A stretch of 64,000 nucleotides of DNA from Patescibacteria group bacterium (GCA_018830295.1 JAHJSM010000003.1:2512-66511), one strand, 5' to 3'; shown: positions 28,601-38,144, counted from the stretch's first letter. Numbers and translations: made by a program. The notes: generated by a model from the letters alone, not told the origin.

Positions 28601-29878
28601 TTATTCCTTTGGGCGCATTAGGGGGAATAGAATTGCTTCTCTTAAGCTTTTCGCATCTGTCAATAAGAGCACCAGTCGGTCTATGCCCAGACCAAAACCA
28701 GCGGCGGGGGGCATTCCATATTCAAGCGCTTCAATAAAATCTTTATCGTATCTTTGCGCTTCCTCATCTCCTTTTTCGCGTTTTTTCTCTTGTTCCTCAA
28801 ACGCTTTTTTCTGCTCAATCGGATTATTCTGCTCGGTAAACGCTTTTATTAATTCTACTCCACAGGCAATACCCTGAAGCGCCTGTCCGTCTTTGCAAAG
28901 CGGCATATTCGGCACATTCAAAACAAAAGTTGGCTTTTCAAGTTTAGCGTAAGCCGCCTTATCGTCGCCATTTTTAACAATTTCTCCGTATTCCACTCTG
29001 TCCCATTTTTTTGGAAAAACCTTCGGATCAAGATGATACATTAAATCCTCCGTAAATTTCATCAAGTCCTCCCAATCCCAATAAGCCGCGTACCATTCCA
29101 ACATTGTAAAATCAGGATTATGCTCCCTGTCCATGCCCTCATTTCTAAAACATCTGCCAATTTCAAAGACCCTCTCAAACCCGCCCACCAAAAGCCGCTT
29201 CAAATACAATTCTGGCGCGATTCTTAAATACAAATCTATGTCCAACGCGTTAAGATGTGTCGTAAAAGGTTTCGCGTTAGCGCCCCCGTATAGCGACTGC
29301 AAAATGGGGGTCTCCACCTCCATAAAATTATTCTTTTCCAAAAACTCTCTTATTTTTTTAATAATTTCATTCCGTTTGACAAAGACCTCGCGAACATCCT
29401 TATTCATGATCAAATCCAAATATCTTTTGCGAAATCTTTCTTCAACATCCTTAATCCCGTGCCACTTTTCGGGCAAAGGCGACAAACTTTTGCTCAAAAT
29501 TTTGTAATCGTTCAGCAAAAGCGTTTTTTCTTCCTTCTTTGTTAAAAAGAGCGTCCCGCGCGCGCCGATAAAATCTCCCACATCAAAATGAGCAATAAAA
29601 AAATTATATTTCTCCTCGCCAATTCCGTCCTTTTTTAAATAAATCTGAATCTGCCCCGAGCCGTCTTCAATATTAGCGAATGTAGAACCGCCATGTTGGC
29701 GAATTGAACGCAAGCGACCGACCAAAGAGACCTCCTCGCCCCCAGCGGAAAGTTCATCAAAACCATCAAACGCCTCCTGGCAAGTATGCGTCCGCTCCGT
29801 TTCGCTCGGATACGGATTTATTTTGGCTTTGCGAATACTCTCTAATTTCTCCAGCCGATTTTGTTTTATTTCATTCAT
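28601..29878 (-). CDS. lysS: lysyl-tRNA synthetase (class II)
   Basis: An OB anticodon-binding domain is followed by LRIAPELYLKRLLVGGFERVFEIGRCFRNEG and GLGIDRL. Confidence 0.85.
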   Translation of the reverse strand: MNEIKQNRLEKLESIRKAKINPYPSETERTHTCQEAFDGFDELSAGGEEVSLVGRLRSIRQHGGSTFANIEDGSGQIQIYLKKDGIGEEKYNFFIAHFDVGDFIGARGTLFLTKKEEKTLLLNDYKILSKSLSPLPEKWHGIKDVEERFRKRYLDLIMNKDVREVFVKRNEIIKKIREFLEKNNFMEVETPILQSLYGGANAKPFTTHLNALDIDLYLRIAPELYLKRLLVGGFERVFEIGRCFRNEGMDREHNPDFTMLEWYAAYWDWEDLMKFTEDLMYHLDPKVFPKKWDRVEYGEIVKNGDDKAAYAKLEKPTFVLNVPNMPLCKDGQALQGIACGVELIKAFTEQNNPIEQKKAFEEQEKKREKGDEEAQRYDKDFIEALEYGMPPAAGFGLGIDRLVLLLTDAKSLREAILFPLMRPKE

Positions 29879-29891
29879 AAGCGCAATTTAT

Positions 29892-29922
29892 GGGGGCAGC
29901 CCCCGCAACGGGGGCTGCCCCC
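29892..29922. repeat. GC hairpin element between greA stop and lysS start
   Basis: gggggcagcccccgcaacgggggctgccccc. Confidence 0.85.
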
Positions 29923-29930
29923 ATCTTATC

Positions 29931-30404
29931 TTACTCTATCCCCACAATCTTATACCCCACCTTCCCCTTCGGCGTTTCTACTTCTATTGTATCACCAATT
30001 TGACGACCTAAAAAGGCCTGACCTAAAGGCGATTCGTTTGAAATTTTGCCCTGAACCGGGTCGGCTTCTCGCGAACCAACAATCGCAAAAATCCTTTCTT
30101 CAGCCGTAGAATTGGTCATAAGCGCCTTAACAACCGAGCCCACTTGGACTTTCTTCCCCTCTGATGGCTGCCCTTTGGACGGCTCAATTAAAACCGCGTT
30201 TTTGAGCGCCTCTTCCAATTCAGCGATCTTACCCTCGTTAAACGATTGAGCGTTTTTAGCGGCATCGTATTCGCTATTCTCGGACAAGTCGCCCATTGAC
30301 CTCGCCTCCTCCAACCGTTCAGCAATTTCTCGCCGTCCGTCCGTTTTGCGCTCCTCTAACTCCTTCTTCAATTGTACCAACCCCTCTTTGCTAATATGTT
30401 CCAT
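29931..30404 (-). CDS. greA: transcription elongation factor GreA
   Basis: LEEARSMGDLSENSEYDAAKN plus a C-terminal FKBP-like domain. The start is taken at MEHISKEGL. Confidence 0.85.
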   Translation of the reverse strand: MEHISKEGLVQLKKELEERKTDGRREIAERLEEARSMGDLSENSEYDAAKNAQSFNEGKIAELEEALKNAVLIEPSKGQPSEGKKVQVGSVVKALMTNSTAEERIFAIVGSREADPVQGKISNESPLGQAFLGRQIGDTIEVETPKGKVGYKIVGIE

Positions 30405-32277
30405 ACCTATTAAAATACCATTCCAAGACCTCTTTGGCAACTGGGACAGCCGCCTTGTGCCCCTCTCCTCCGCCCTCAATCACAATTGCTATGACGATTT
30501 GCGGATTATCATAAGGCGCGTAGCCGACAAACCAACTATGCGTTTTCCCTTCTGTCCCAAATTGAGCCGTTCCGGTTTTGCCCGCCACCTCAACGGGCAA
30601 ACTCCCTAAAGCGGCGGCCGAGCCGGTAATTACCGCCTGGCGCATTCCTTTTTGAACCGTCGCGATATTCTCCGATTGGATAAAATTGTCTTTAACAATA
30701 ACAGCATCAACAGATTTATCAACCAATCGCGGCTGATAAAAAATACCCCCGTTGGCAATAGCGGAAATAGCCGCCGCCATTTGCAAAGGCGTTACTAAAA
30801 GATCCCCCTGTCCAATTGACAAATGATATGTATCGCCTAAATACCACTTCTCGCCGCCTTGTCCAATTTTCCACTCTTCGTCTGGAATTAAACCCGCTTC
30901 TTCATAAGGCAAGTCAATTCCCGTCTTCTGTCCCAATCCAAAATTTTGAAGATATTCTTTGATTCGGTCAACGCCCAGTCCTGCTGTTTGCTCGTACCCG
31001 CCGCCAACAATATAGAAAAAAACATTACAGGACTCCGCGATCGCCTTAACAATATCCGTCAATCCATGAACCGTCCAATCGGGATAGCGATAAACAATTT
31101 CTGGGTTATAAATATTGGCGATGCTCAAAAGGCCAGTACAATTGATTTGGCGAGAAGAAGAAATCACTTTTTCTTCCAGCGCGGCGGCCGCGATTAATGG
31201 CTTAAGCGTTGAGCCGGGAGGATACTGCCCCGCGACCGCCCGATTTAAAAATGGCTGGTCATATTTTCCAAAGAGCGCGTCCAACTCCAATTGGGAAATT
31301 CCTTGAACAAGAAGATTACTGTCAAAACCAGGCAAACTGACCATCGCCAAAACCCCGCCGTTGTTCGGGTCAATCGCAACCGCCGCCGCCGCATTGTCCG
31401 CCATCCCCTCCAAAGAAGAATAAAGTTTCTTTTGCAATTCACCATCAATAAAAAGAACCAACCCCTCCCCCGGTTCAGGCAATTTAGAAGCCAATAAATT
31501 TCTTATCCGCCCCAGCGCGTCAACCTCCATTTGCTCCTGCCCCGGCTCGCCTCTCAAAATTTCCTCATATTGCCGTTCCAGCCCGTCCTTTCCAATTTGG
31601 TCGTTGAGCAAATAATTATCTCTATCTTTTAATTCTGACGGGCTAATCTGCCCTGTATAGCCGAGAATATGAGCGAAATATGCCCCAAAAGGATACTGCC
31701 GCTGGGCGTTTTTCTCCAATCGCATCCCCGGCCAATTATCAACCCAATTTTCCAAAACCAAAGCCGCCTCTCTTTCAATATTTTTAAGCAGAACTATTTG
31801 GCTCGTCTTTCCCGATGCCTCTTCTATTTTTTCTCTTAACGCGTCTTTACTCTCAACTGAAACGACTTTAATAATTTTTTCCAAAATCTTTTCCTGAACC
31901 AAAATAGAATTTTCCAAAAAATCAACTAAATTAACAACTAAATCAAAACTTGGGATATTATAAACCAACGGCTGATGAAAACGGTCGTAAATTATTCCGC
32001 GCGGAGCGCTCACCGAATAAATTCTCAATTTATTTCCCCGCGACAACTCCGAATAATATTCCCCTTTAATCACCTGAAGATAGCCCGCCCTAAAAAAAAG
32101 CCCCAATAAAACGACAGCCATGAGCGCGTATAAAAAAACAAAATTACGATTTTTAATCGGTTGCTCTAGTTTTCCTTTTCTTTCCAAAGAACGAACCGCT
32201 TCAGCGTCCAAAAAAATCTCCTCCGCTTCAACGCTCTCTTTAGACCTGTATTTTACGAAATATTTTTTTAATCCCAT
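30391..32277 (-). CDS. mrdA: penicillin-binding protein 2 (elongasome transpeptidase)
   Basis: An N-terminal TM is followed by SxxK (GSTLKP), SxN (ESCNVFF) and KTG (AGKTGTAQ). It follows mreC and mreD. Confidence 0.85.
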   Translation of the reverse strand: MGLKKYFVKYRSKESVEAEEIFLDAEAVRSLERKGKLEQPIKNRNFVFLYALMAVVLLGLFFRAGYLQVIKGEYYSELSRGNKLRIYSVSAPRGIIYDRFHQPLVYNIPSFDLVVNLVDFLENSILVQEKILEKIIKVVSVESKDALREKIEEASGKTSQIVLLKNIEREAALVLENWVDNWPGMRLEKNAQRQYPFGAYFAHILGYTGQISPSELKDRDNYLLNDQIGKDGLERQYEEILRGEPGQEQMEVDALGRIRNLLASKLPEPGEGLVLFIDGELQKKLYSSLEGMADNAAAAVAIDPNNGGVLAMVSLPGFDSNLLVQGISQLELDALFGKYDQPFLNRAVAGQYPPGSTLKPLIAAAALEEKVISSSRQINCTGLLSIANIYNPEIVYRYPDWTVHGLTDIVKAIAESCNVFFYIVGGGYEQTAGLGVDRIKEYLQNFGLGQKTGIDLPYEEAGLIPDEEWKIGQGGEKWYLGDTYHLSIGQGDLLVTPLQMAAAISAIANGGIFYQPRLVDKSVDAVIVKDNFIQSENIATVQKGMRQAVITGSAAALGSLPVEVAGKTGTAQFGTEGKTHSWFVGYAPYDNPQIVIAIVIEGGGEGHKAAVPVAKEVLEWYFNRYGTY

Positions 32278-32719
32278 TAAAAATAAGAAGCGCGATAAGT
32301 AGATTATACAAAGCGCTCCAAAATAAATATCCAACGCTAAAAATTGGTTCTAATTTAAATAAAACTAATAGAAGATTCAAAAACAAATTAAAAACAGAAA
32401 CGCCCAAAACGACCAGCCCTATTTTTACGGCAAATTTAAATTTCAAGGAAATCATATTATTAAGCCAATCAACACCGTAAGCCGCTCCAATCAAACTCAA
32501 GTTCGCTAACCCAAAAGGCAAAACCGAAAATAAGTCCAAAAAAACGCCCGCCAATAAGACATCTAACCAGACCCCCTTAAAACCGTCTAAAATAACAAAA
32601 ATCAAAGCCAAAATCAAAACCAAATTCGGCGCGACTTCCCCCACAGACAAAAAAGGAACAACCGTCGTCTGCAAAACAGCCGCCAACAACAAAGTAAAGA
32701 TAATAAATAAATGCCTCAT
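32240..32719 (-). CDS. mreD: rod shape-determining protein MreD
   Basis: A 159-aa polytopic membrane protein positioned between mreC and pbp2. Confidence 0.65.
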   Translation of the reverse strand: MRHLFIIFTLLLAAVLQTTVVPFLSVGEVAPNLVLILALIFVILDGFKGVWLDVLLAGVFLDLFSVLPFGLANLSLIGAAYGVDWLNNMISLKFKFAVKIGLVVLGVSVFNLFLNLLLVLFKLEPIFSVGYLFWSALYNLLIALLIFNGIKKIFRKIQV

Positions 32720-32741
32720 CTAATGCTCCATGGGGGCTGCC

Positions 32742-32772
32742 CCCGCAACGGGGGCAGCCCCCATCTTACTTA
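32742..32772. repeat. GC hairpin element between mreC stop and mreD start
   Basis: gggggctgcccccgcaacgggggcagccccc. Confidence 0.85.
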
Positions 32773-33530
32773 ATTACAAACACCCTCTCCAACTTCATAA
32801 AATCAACCACTGGTTTAATTTTCGCCGTTTGCGAAATTCGCGCGTCGGAAGAAATTACTTTTTGAATCTGACCAATCAGCAAGCCCGGCGGAAAGAACCC
32901 TGCTAAACCCGATGAAATCACCGTTTCGCCGCTGTTAATCTCCTCTCCTTGGGGCAACAAATCAATCACTAAATCCAACCCCTGCGCGCTTTTAACCAGA
33001 CCTGTAATCCCGGATTCTTGTATTAAAGCATTGACTTTACTATTGGGATCCGAAAGTAAACGAACTTTTGCGAATGAGCCAAGCGCTTCAATAACCTGCC
33101 CAACCAAAAGATTGCCAGCCGAAATAACAACCATCCCTTCTTCAACGCCATCTTCTTTGCCTTTATTAATTAAAAATTGCCTATTAGAGCCCAAAATATC
33201 ATACCCAATCACTTCCGCCAAAATCAATTCTCTCTCTTCATTCGCGGACAATCCTATTTGTTCCCGAAGAAAATTATTTTCCTGCTCCACCCTTTTTAGA
33301 AAAGCAACCTCGCCCAAAAGTTGAGCGTTCTCTTCTCTAAGATTGTTATTCTCCTCGCCGGTAATTCCGTTAATTTTTTGGGCAATTTGATATATTATTT
33401 TTTGAAACGAACCGGTCAATTGAAAAAAAACATTTTTAGGCGACTCCAACCACCCCTGCCCATTCATAAAAATAGCGACGGCGATGATTAGCAAAGACAA
33501 AATAAAAGGATGGCGAAAAAATTTCTTCAT
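32766..33530 (-). CDS. mreC: rod shape-determining protein MreC
   Basis: A TM is followed by coiled-coil (NNNLREENAQLLGEVAFLKRVEQENNFLREQ) and beta domains. Confidence 0.8.
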   Translation of the reverse strand: MKKFFRHPFILSLLIIAVAIFMNGQGWLESPKNVFFQLTGSFQKIIYQIAQKINGITGEENNNLREENAQLLGEVAFLKRVEQENNFLREQIGLSANEERELILAEVIGYDILGSNRQFLINKGKEDGVEEGMVVISAGNLLVGQVIEALGSFAKVRLLSDPNSKVNALIQESGITGLVKSAQGLDLVIDLLPQGEEINSGETVISSGLAGFFPPGLLIGQIQKVISSDARISQTAKIKPVVDFMKLERVFVIK

Positions 33531-33567
33531 TACGCCCCATATTACCACAACCCCAGTCACAACAAAA

Positions 33568-33644
33568 GGGGGCTGCCCCCGCAACGGGAGCAGCCCCCAT
33601 CTTAATCCCAAGGGGACTGTCCTTCGCCGCGAGGGACAGTCCCC
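33568..33644. repeat. two GC hairpin units, intergenic (one of each type)
   Basis: gggggctgcccccgcaacgggagcagccccc ... ggggactgtccttcgccgcgagggacagtcccc. Confidence 0.85.
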
Positions 33645-33651
33645 GTCTTAA

Positions 33652-33885
33652 TTACATTGACATCGGTCTTTCTTCATCTTCACTTTCCGCTGGCGTTTCC
33701 GCTGGCGCTTCCGGAGCGTCCTCAACCATTGGAGCAACTACATCAGCCGAATCATCGGATACTTCCGGCGCGGCATCAACCGCTTCAGGCGCTGAAGCTC
33801 CTTCATCCTCTTTATCTTTTTTCGCGCCCATCCAAATTGCCAAACCGCCCGCCGCGACTAAAAGAATTATAATCCATGTCCACAT
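33652..33885 (-). CDS. small membrane protein with acidic tail
   Basis: A single TM (MWTWIIILLVAAGGLAIWMGA) is followed by a D/E/A/P-rich tail. Confidence 0.35.
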   Translation of the reverse strand: MWTWIIILLVAAGGLAIWMGAKKDKEDEGASAPEAVDAAPEVSDDSADVVAPMVEDAPEAPAETPAESEDEERPMSM

Positions 33886-34040
33886 ATTTTTACTTCGCTT
33901 AAAATTTGTCTTCCTAAACACTGATGTTAAAAAAACAAACCCCAAACAAAATTACCTTTCTTTATTTAATTTATATTCACAATCCACTTTTATTATAACA
34001 AAAACAAATCAAAATAACAAAAAAATTTCGTTGTGGATAA

Positions 34041-34730
34041 CTATCTTCCCCTAATCACCATCCACGGAAACATCACAACAGCGTTAAAAATCCGCTTTAC
34101 CCGCCGCGGCTGAACGCCGAAACGCCAAGCCCATTCCAATCCAGTCGCTCGCAAAAATTTAGGCGCGCGCCTTATATCCCCTGAAATAAAATCAAACGCG
34201 CCTCCCACTCCCACCGCCAATTTAACCGAAGGCAGTTTTCTTAAATTCTCCGCGATCCATTTTTCCTGTTTCGGCATCCCTAAAGCAACGAAAAGAATTG
34301 ACGGTTTTTCTATTTGATATTCGCTAATTTTTTCTATATCTATTTCTCTAATCTCTAAGCCGTCATATTTTTCCCTCAAATTGTCCGCCGCTTTTCGCGC
34401 CACTCCCGCGCCGCCGCCTACTAAAAAAATTTGACATTCCTCTCGCGCGAATTTCTGGCAAATTTTTTCCATCAAATCAACGCCTGCGAATCGCTTCTTT
34501 AACGGCTCGCCTAAAAACCAAGAAGCAAAGACCAAACCAACCCCATCAGGAACCGCTAAATCAGCCCCGTTAAGAATTCCCCTAAATTCCTCATCTTTCC
34601 GCGCCCAAACCAAAAATTCTGGATTAAGCGTGACGATATAATGTTTCTTTTCGCTTCGCAAAAATCCGTCTATCCTTTCAAAAATTTCCTCTTCTCCTAA
34701 ATTATCCACTCTAACCCCTAAAATCTCCAT
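34041..34730 (-). CDS. WecB/TagA/CpsF-family glycosyltransferase (GT26)
   Basis: MEILGVRVDN...YIVTLNPEF...ADLAVPDGVGLV, typical of TagA/WecG. Confidence 0.8.
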   Translation of the reverse strand: MEILGVRVDNLGEEEIFERIDGFLRSEKKHYIVTLNPEFLVWARKDEEFRGILNGADLAVPDGVGLVFASWFLGEPLKKRFAGVDLMEKICQKFAREECQIFLVGGGAGVARKAADNLREKYDGLEIREIDIEKISEYQIEKPSILFVALGMPKQEKWIAENLRKLPSVKLAVGVGGAFDFISGDIRRAPKFLRATGLEWAWRFGVQPRRVKRIFNAVVMFPWMVIRGR

Positions 34731-34759
34731 AATTTTATTATAGCATAAAAGCATCATCC

Positions 34760-34892
34760 GGGGACAGTCCCCGCCGCGAGGACTGTCCCCTTCTTAACAA
34801 AGGGACATTCCAAGGGGGGCAGTCCCCCGTCTCGGGGGCTGCCCCCGTCTTAATCTCAAGGGGACTGTCCCTCGCGGCGAGGGACAGTCCCC
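34760..34892. repeat. cluster of three GC hairpin units in divergent promoter region
   Basis: ggggacagtccccgccgcgaggactgtcccc / ggggggcagtcccccgtctcgggggctgccccc / ggggactgtccctcgcggcgagggacagtcccc. Confidence 0.85.
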
Positions 34893-34939
34893 GTCTTTCT
34901 ATTGCTCTCTGCCTCAAAAAGGATATAATAATAATAAAA

Positions 34940-35362
34940 ATGATTAAAAAAGAAACGGCCATCCAGCAAATCGTCAATCACTATTTCGCAACTAAGGGCT
35001 TAAACACCGACGAGCTTAAAAAAGACGCCAAAAAAGGAAAAATTATTTATTCCAGGCATACCCGCCCCGCGAAACAACTCTTAGAACTCGCTGGTTCCGT
35101 CACAAAAGCCAAAAAAGCCATCAATAAGGTCTCAAAGTGGGCGCGCTCAAGAAACCTTGATTACGCCATTGAGACCGTTTTTAAAAAATGGCTTGAATTA
35201 GATCGCCTCAAACCAAAAGAGATCGTCAAAAAACCTTTTTTTAGAGATGAACCGATGATTTGGTCAAAGACAAAAAAGAAATGGTTTGTTATTACCAAAG
35301 ACGGCGAATGGAAAGAATTCGCCGCTAAAGAATCCGAGATTGAATGGAAATTAGAAAAATGA
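34940..35362 (+). CDS. hypothetical basic protein
   Basis: A 140-aa K-rich protein with no recognisable domain. Confidence 0.4.
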   Translation: MIKKETAIQQIVNHYFATKGLNTDELKKDAKKGKIIYSRHTRPAKQLLELAGSVTKAKKAINKVSKWARSRNLDYAIETVFKKWLELDRLKPKEIVKKPFFRDEPMIWSKTKKKWFVITKDGEWKEFAAKESEIEWKLEK

Positions 35363-36654
35363 TTCTCAACATCCAAACAGGCGCCGACAATCCCGTTTTG
35401 CGCCGAAAAGCCAAAGAAGTTAAAAAAATCAACTCTCAAATCAGAGAGCTTATTTTAAATATGAAGGAAACGCTTGAAAGCGACGGCAATTCCATCGGTT
35501 TAGCCGCTCCACAAGTGGGCAAATCACTGCGCATCATCGCAATCAGCCCCGAACTAAATGAAAAATCTATCATTTTGATCAATCCAAAAATCGTTAAAAC
35601 ATCGTTTAGAAAAATAGTTTTAGAAGAGGGCTGTTTAAGTTTACCTAATATTTCCATCCCCATTAAAAGACATTCCAAAATAACGGTCCAAGCACTCAAC
35701 GAAAAAGGCGAGCCAATCAAGATAAAAACCGAAGGCCTCGCCGCCCGAATTATCCAACACGAAATCGACCATTTAGAGGGTATTTTAATTATTGACTCCC
35801 TCTTGGGGACAGTCCCTCGCCACGAGGGACTGTCCCCGGATTATCTTAAAACAATTTTTATCGGGACTTCTGAATTTGCCGTTCCTGTTTTGGAGGCGCT
35901 TGTTCGCTGTTCATTGTTCGCCGTTCAATGCGTTATTACCGCTCCCGATAAACCCGCTCCCTCGCCGATTAAAATAGCCACTTTGCAAAACGGGTTGCCT
36001 ATCTTACAACCCGAAAAAATATCAAAAGCCGCGGTGAAAATATCCAATTTAAAGCCCGACTTAATCATCACCGCCTCTTATGGACAAATCATTCCAAAAA
36101 ATATTTTAGACATTCCAAAATACGGCTCCATTAACATCCACCCTTCGCTTTTGCCAAAATATCGCGGACCGTCCCCCATCCAAACGGCCATTTTGAACGG
36201 CGACAAAAATACTGGCATTTCCGTGATGCTTATGGACGAAAAAATGGACCACGGGCCGATTATCGCCCAAAAAAAAGTCGCTATAAAAAAGCGCGAAAAC
36301 TATCAGGACTTGGAAAAAAGATTATCTCTCCTCTCGGCAAATTTTTTGTTAAAGATTCTGCCACGATATATCCAAGGAAAAATTAATCCGAAAAAACAAA
36401 ACAATTCTAAAGCCAGTTATACTAAAATACTTTCCCGCCAAGACGGACAAATTAAACCAAAACAAACCGCCCAAGAAATTGAAAGAATGCTCTGCGCTTT
36501 TACGCCTTGGCCCGGCGTCTGGACTATTATTAAAAAACGCCGAGTAAAAATCCTCAAAGCGAAGGTCGTCCAAGGGCGACTTCTCTTAGAAATTGTCCAG
36601 CCCGAAGGCAAAAAACCAATGACCGCGGAGGAATTTTTTCGTGGATTAAGGTAA
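35344..36654 (+). CDS. def-fmt: peptide deformylase - methionyl-tRNA formyltransferase fusion
   Basis: Def motifs GLAAPQVG, EGCLSLP and HEIDHLEG are present. A hairpin-derived linker SLLGTVPRHEGLSPDYLK follows. The Fmt N-terminus IFIGTSEFAVPVLEAL lacks its own Met and continues to an Fmt C-terminal domain. Confidence 0.8.
   Translation: MEIRKMILNIQTGADNPVLRRKAKEVKKINSQIRELILNMKETLESDGNSIGLAAPQVGKSLRIIAISPELNEKSIILINPKIVKTSFRKIVLEEGCLSLPNISIPIKRHSKITVQALNEKGEPIKIKTEGLAARIIQHEIDHLEGILIIDSLLGTVPRHEGLSPDYLKTIFIGTSEFAVPVLEALVRCSLFAVQCVITAPDKPAPSPIKIATLQNGLPILQPEKISKAAVKISNLKPDLIITASYGQIIPKNILDIPKYGSINIHPSLLPKYRGPSPIQTAILNGDKNTGISVMLMDEKMDHGPIIAQKKVAIKKRENYQDLEKRLSLLSANFLLKILPRYIQGKINPKKQNNSKASYTKILSRQDGQIKPKQTAQEIERMLCAFTPWPGVWTIIKKRRVKILKAKVVQGRLLLEIVQPEGKKPMTAEEFFRGLR
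35805..35837. repeat. GC hairpin element exactly at def/fmt junction (in frame)
   Basis: ggggacagtccctcgccacgagggactgtcccc. Confidence 0.85.
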
Positions 36655-36663
36655 CCCGCGGAT

Positions 36664-36694
36664 GGGGGCTGCCCCCGCAGCGGGGGCAGCCCCC
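36664..36694. repeat. GC hairpin element downstream of def-fmt, upstream of rpsF
   Basis: gggggctgcccccgcagcgggggcagccccc. Confidence 0.85.
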
Positions 36695-36741
36695 AAATTT
36701 ACTTCTTGACCTTATTCTTGTTTTTTGGTACCCTATAACCG

Positions 36742-37269
36742 ATGAATGAACAAAACAAAATATATCAATTAACTTGTCTTTTTTCTCCACTCTTAAGTTC
36801 TGAAGAATCCGACAAATTAGTTCAAAAAATTAAAAAAGAAATTACCGACCGCGAGGGTTCTTTTGATTTGCCGTCCGCATTTTTAGTAAAAGAGAATCTA
36901 ACTAAAAAGAGATTATCTTACCCAATTAAAAAAGAACAGGAAGCGCTTTTTATAAACATAAACTTCACCGCCCCTGCTGAAGCGATTGGCCAAATTGTAA
37001 ATCAAATCGGGTCAGAGAAAGATGTCCTTCGCTGTCTGGCTACTCTGGAGAAAAAAAGCAAACCCAAACCACAGCCAGACAAAAACGAATTTGATTTTGA
37101 ATTCGTTGATAAAGTAGAACCGCTTGTTAAAAAAGAAATTGAGCCAGAAAAACAAATAGAAAAAAAAGAAGAAGAAACAACCGAAGAAGAAATCCCAGAC
37201 AAATCCTCAAAAGCAAAAGTCAAAATTGAAGAATTAGACAAAAAGTTAGAAGAAATATTAAATCAATAA
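36742..37269 (+). CDS. rpsF: ribosomal protein bS6 with acidic C-terminal extension
   Basis: LSYPIKKEQEALFININF matches the bS6 core. It precedes ssb-rpsR in the classic operon order. Confidence 0.7.
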   Translation: MNEQNKIYQLTCLFSPLLSSEESDKLVQKIKKEITDREGSFDLPSAFLVKENLTKKRLSYPIKKEQEALFININFTAPAEAIGQIVNQIGSEKDVLRCLATLEKKSKPKPQPDKNEFDFEFVDKVEPLVKKEIEPEKQIEKKEEETTEEEIPDKSSKAKVKIEELDKKLEEILNQ

Positions 37270-37270
37270 T

Positions 37271-37753
37271 ATGAATTTAAATAAAGTTATTATTGTCGGG
37301 CGGTTGACGCGCGACCCAGAATCAAGAGCAATGCCTTCGGGAAAAAGCGTTGTTTCTTTGGGTATCGCGACCAACAGTTTTTGGACAGACGCGAGTGGAA
37401 ATAAAAAGGAAGCGACAGAATACCATAATATCGTTGTCTTTGGAAAATTAGCCGATACTTGTTCCCAATACCTTACAAAAGGACAGTTAATTTTGGTGGA
37501 GGGACGAATTCAAACCCGTTCTTGGGACGACCAAAGCGGAAATAAAAAATATAAAACAGAAATAATTGCCAACAACATGCAAATGGGACCAAGGCCGGGA
37601 GGAAGCCAAGCGGCGCCAAACACTACAACAAACCAGCCAAACCGACCCGCCCCCGCTCCCGCGCCTGTTTCCCAAGAAGATATTCCCGTGATTAACGCCG
37701 AAGAACCAATGGAAGTGAAAAACGAAGTTGATGTAGAAAGCATCCCCTTTTAA
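37271..37753 (+). CDS. ssb: single-stranded DNA-binding protein
   Basis: OB fold (VIIVGRLTRDPE...YHNIVVFGKLA...LVEGRIQTRSW) with a C-terminal DIPF tail. Confidence 0.9.
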   Translation: MNLNKVIIVGRLTRDPESRAMPSGKSVVSLGIATNSFWTDASGNKKEATEYHNIVVFGKLADTCSQYLTKGQLILVEGRIQTRSWDDQSGNKKYKTEIIANNMQMGPRPGGSQAAPNTTTNQPNRPAPAPAPVSQEDIPVINAEEPMEVKNEVDVESIPF

Positions 37754-37768
37754 TTTTATTAAACACTT

Positions 37769-37972
37769 ATGATTAAAAATTGCCCATTTTGCCAGGAAAA
37801 AGATTTAGAGATTAATTACCAAGACACCGAAACACTTTTTCGGTTTACTTCAGGACAAGCCAAAATAATCACCCCAAAACGAACCGGCGTCTGCGCTAAA
37901 CACCAAAGACAGCTCGCCAAAGCGATAAAAAGAGCCCGCGTCATGGGGCTCATGCCATTTATAAGGAAATAA
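37769..37972 (+). CDS. rpsR: ribosomal protein bS18
   Basis: CPFC...INYQDTETLFRFTS...KHQRQLAKAIKRAR. Confidence 0.85.
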   Translation: MIKNCPFCQEKDLEINYQDTETLFRFTSGQAKIITPKRTGVCAKHQRQLAKAIKRARVMGLMPFIRK

Positions 37973-37989
37973 AGAAATAAGCGTTTTAT

Positions 37990-38142
37990 ATTTTTTTGAT
38001 ACGCGTGGGGCGCCCTTTAGGGCTAAAGCGTTCAGAAAAATCTAAACGCGAACTTTCCGAGCAAGCATTCTGAAATTTCTGATGCGTGTAGGGTTCCCGT
38101 TCCGACGGGATAAAACGCTCAGAAATTTCAGAATGCGAGCGA
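37990..38142. repeat. family B intergenic repeat, copy 3, plus a diverged tandem unit
   Basis: Unit 1 is nearly identical to copies 1 and 2. Unit 2 (about 38058-38142) keeps the same architecture with different arms (cattctgaaatttctgatgcgtg...cgctcagaaatttcagaatgcgag). It lies between the convergent ends of rpsR and recA. Confidence 0.7.
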
Positions 38143-38144
38143 TC

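Noticed and set aside
30391-30479. Longer GreA start (MRAEERG...) overlapping pbp2
   Set aside because: The N-terminal extension has no GreA homology and overlaps the PBP2 C-terminus. The canonical GreA N-terminus begins at MEHISKEGL.
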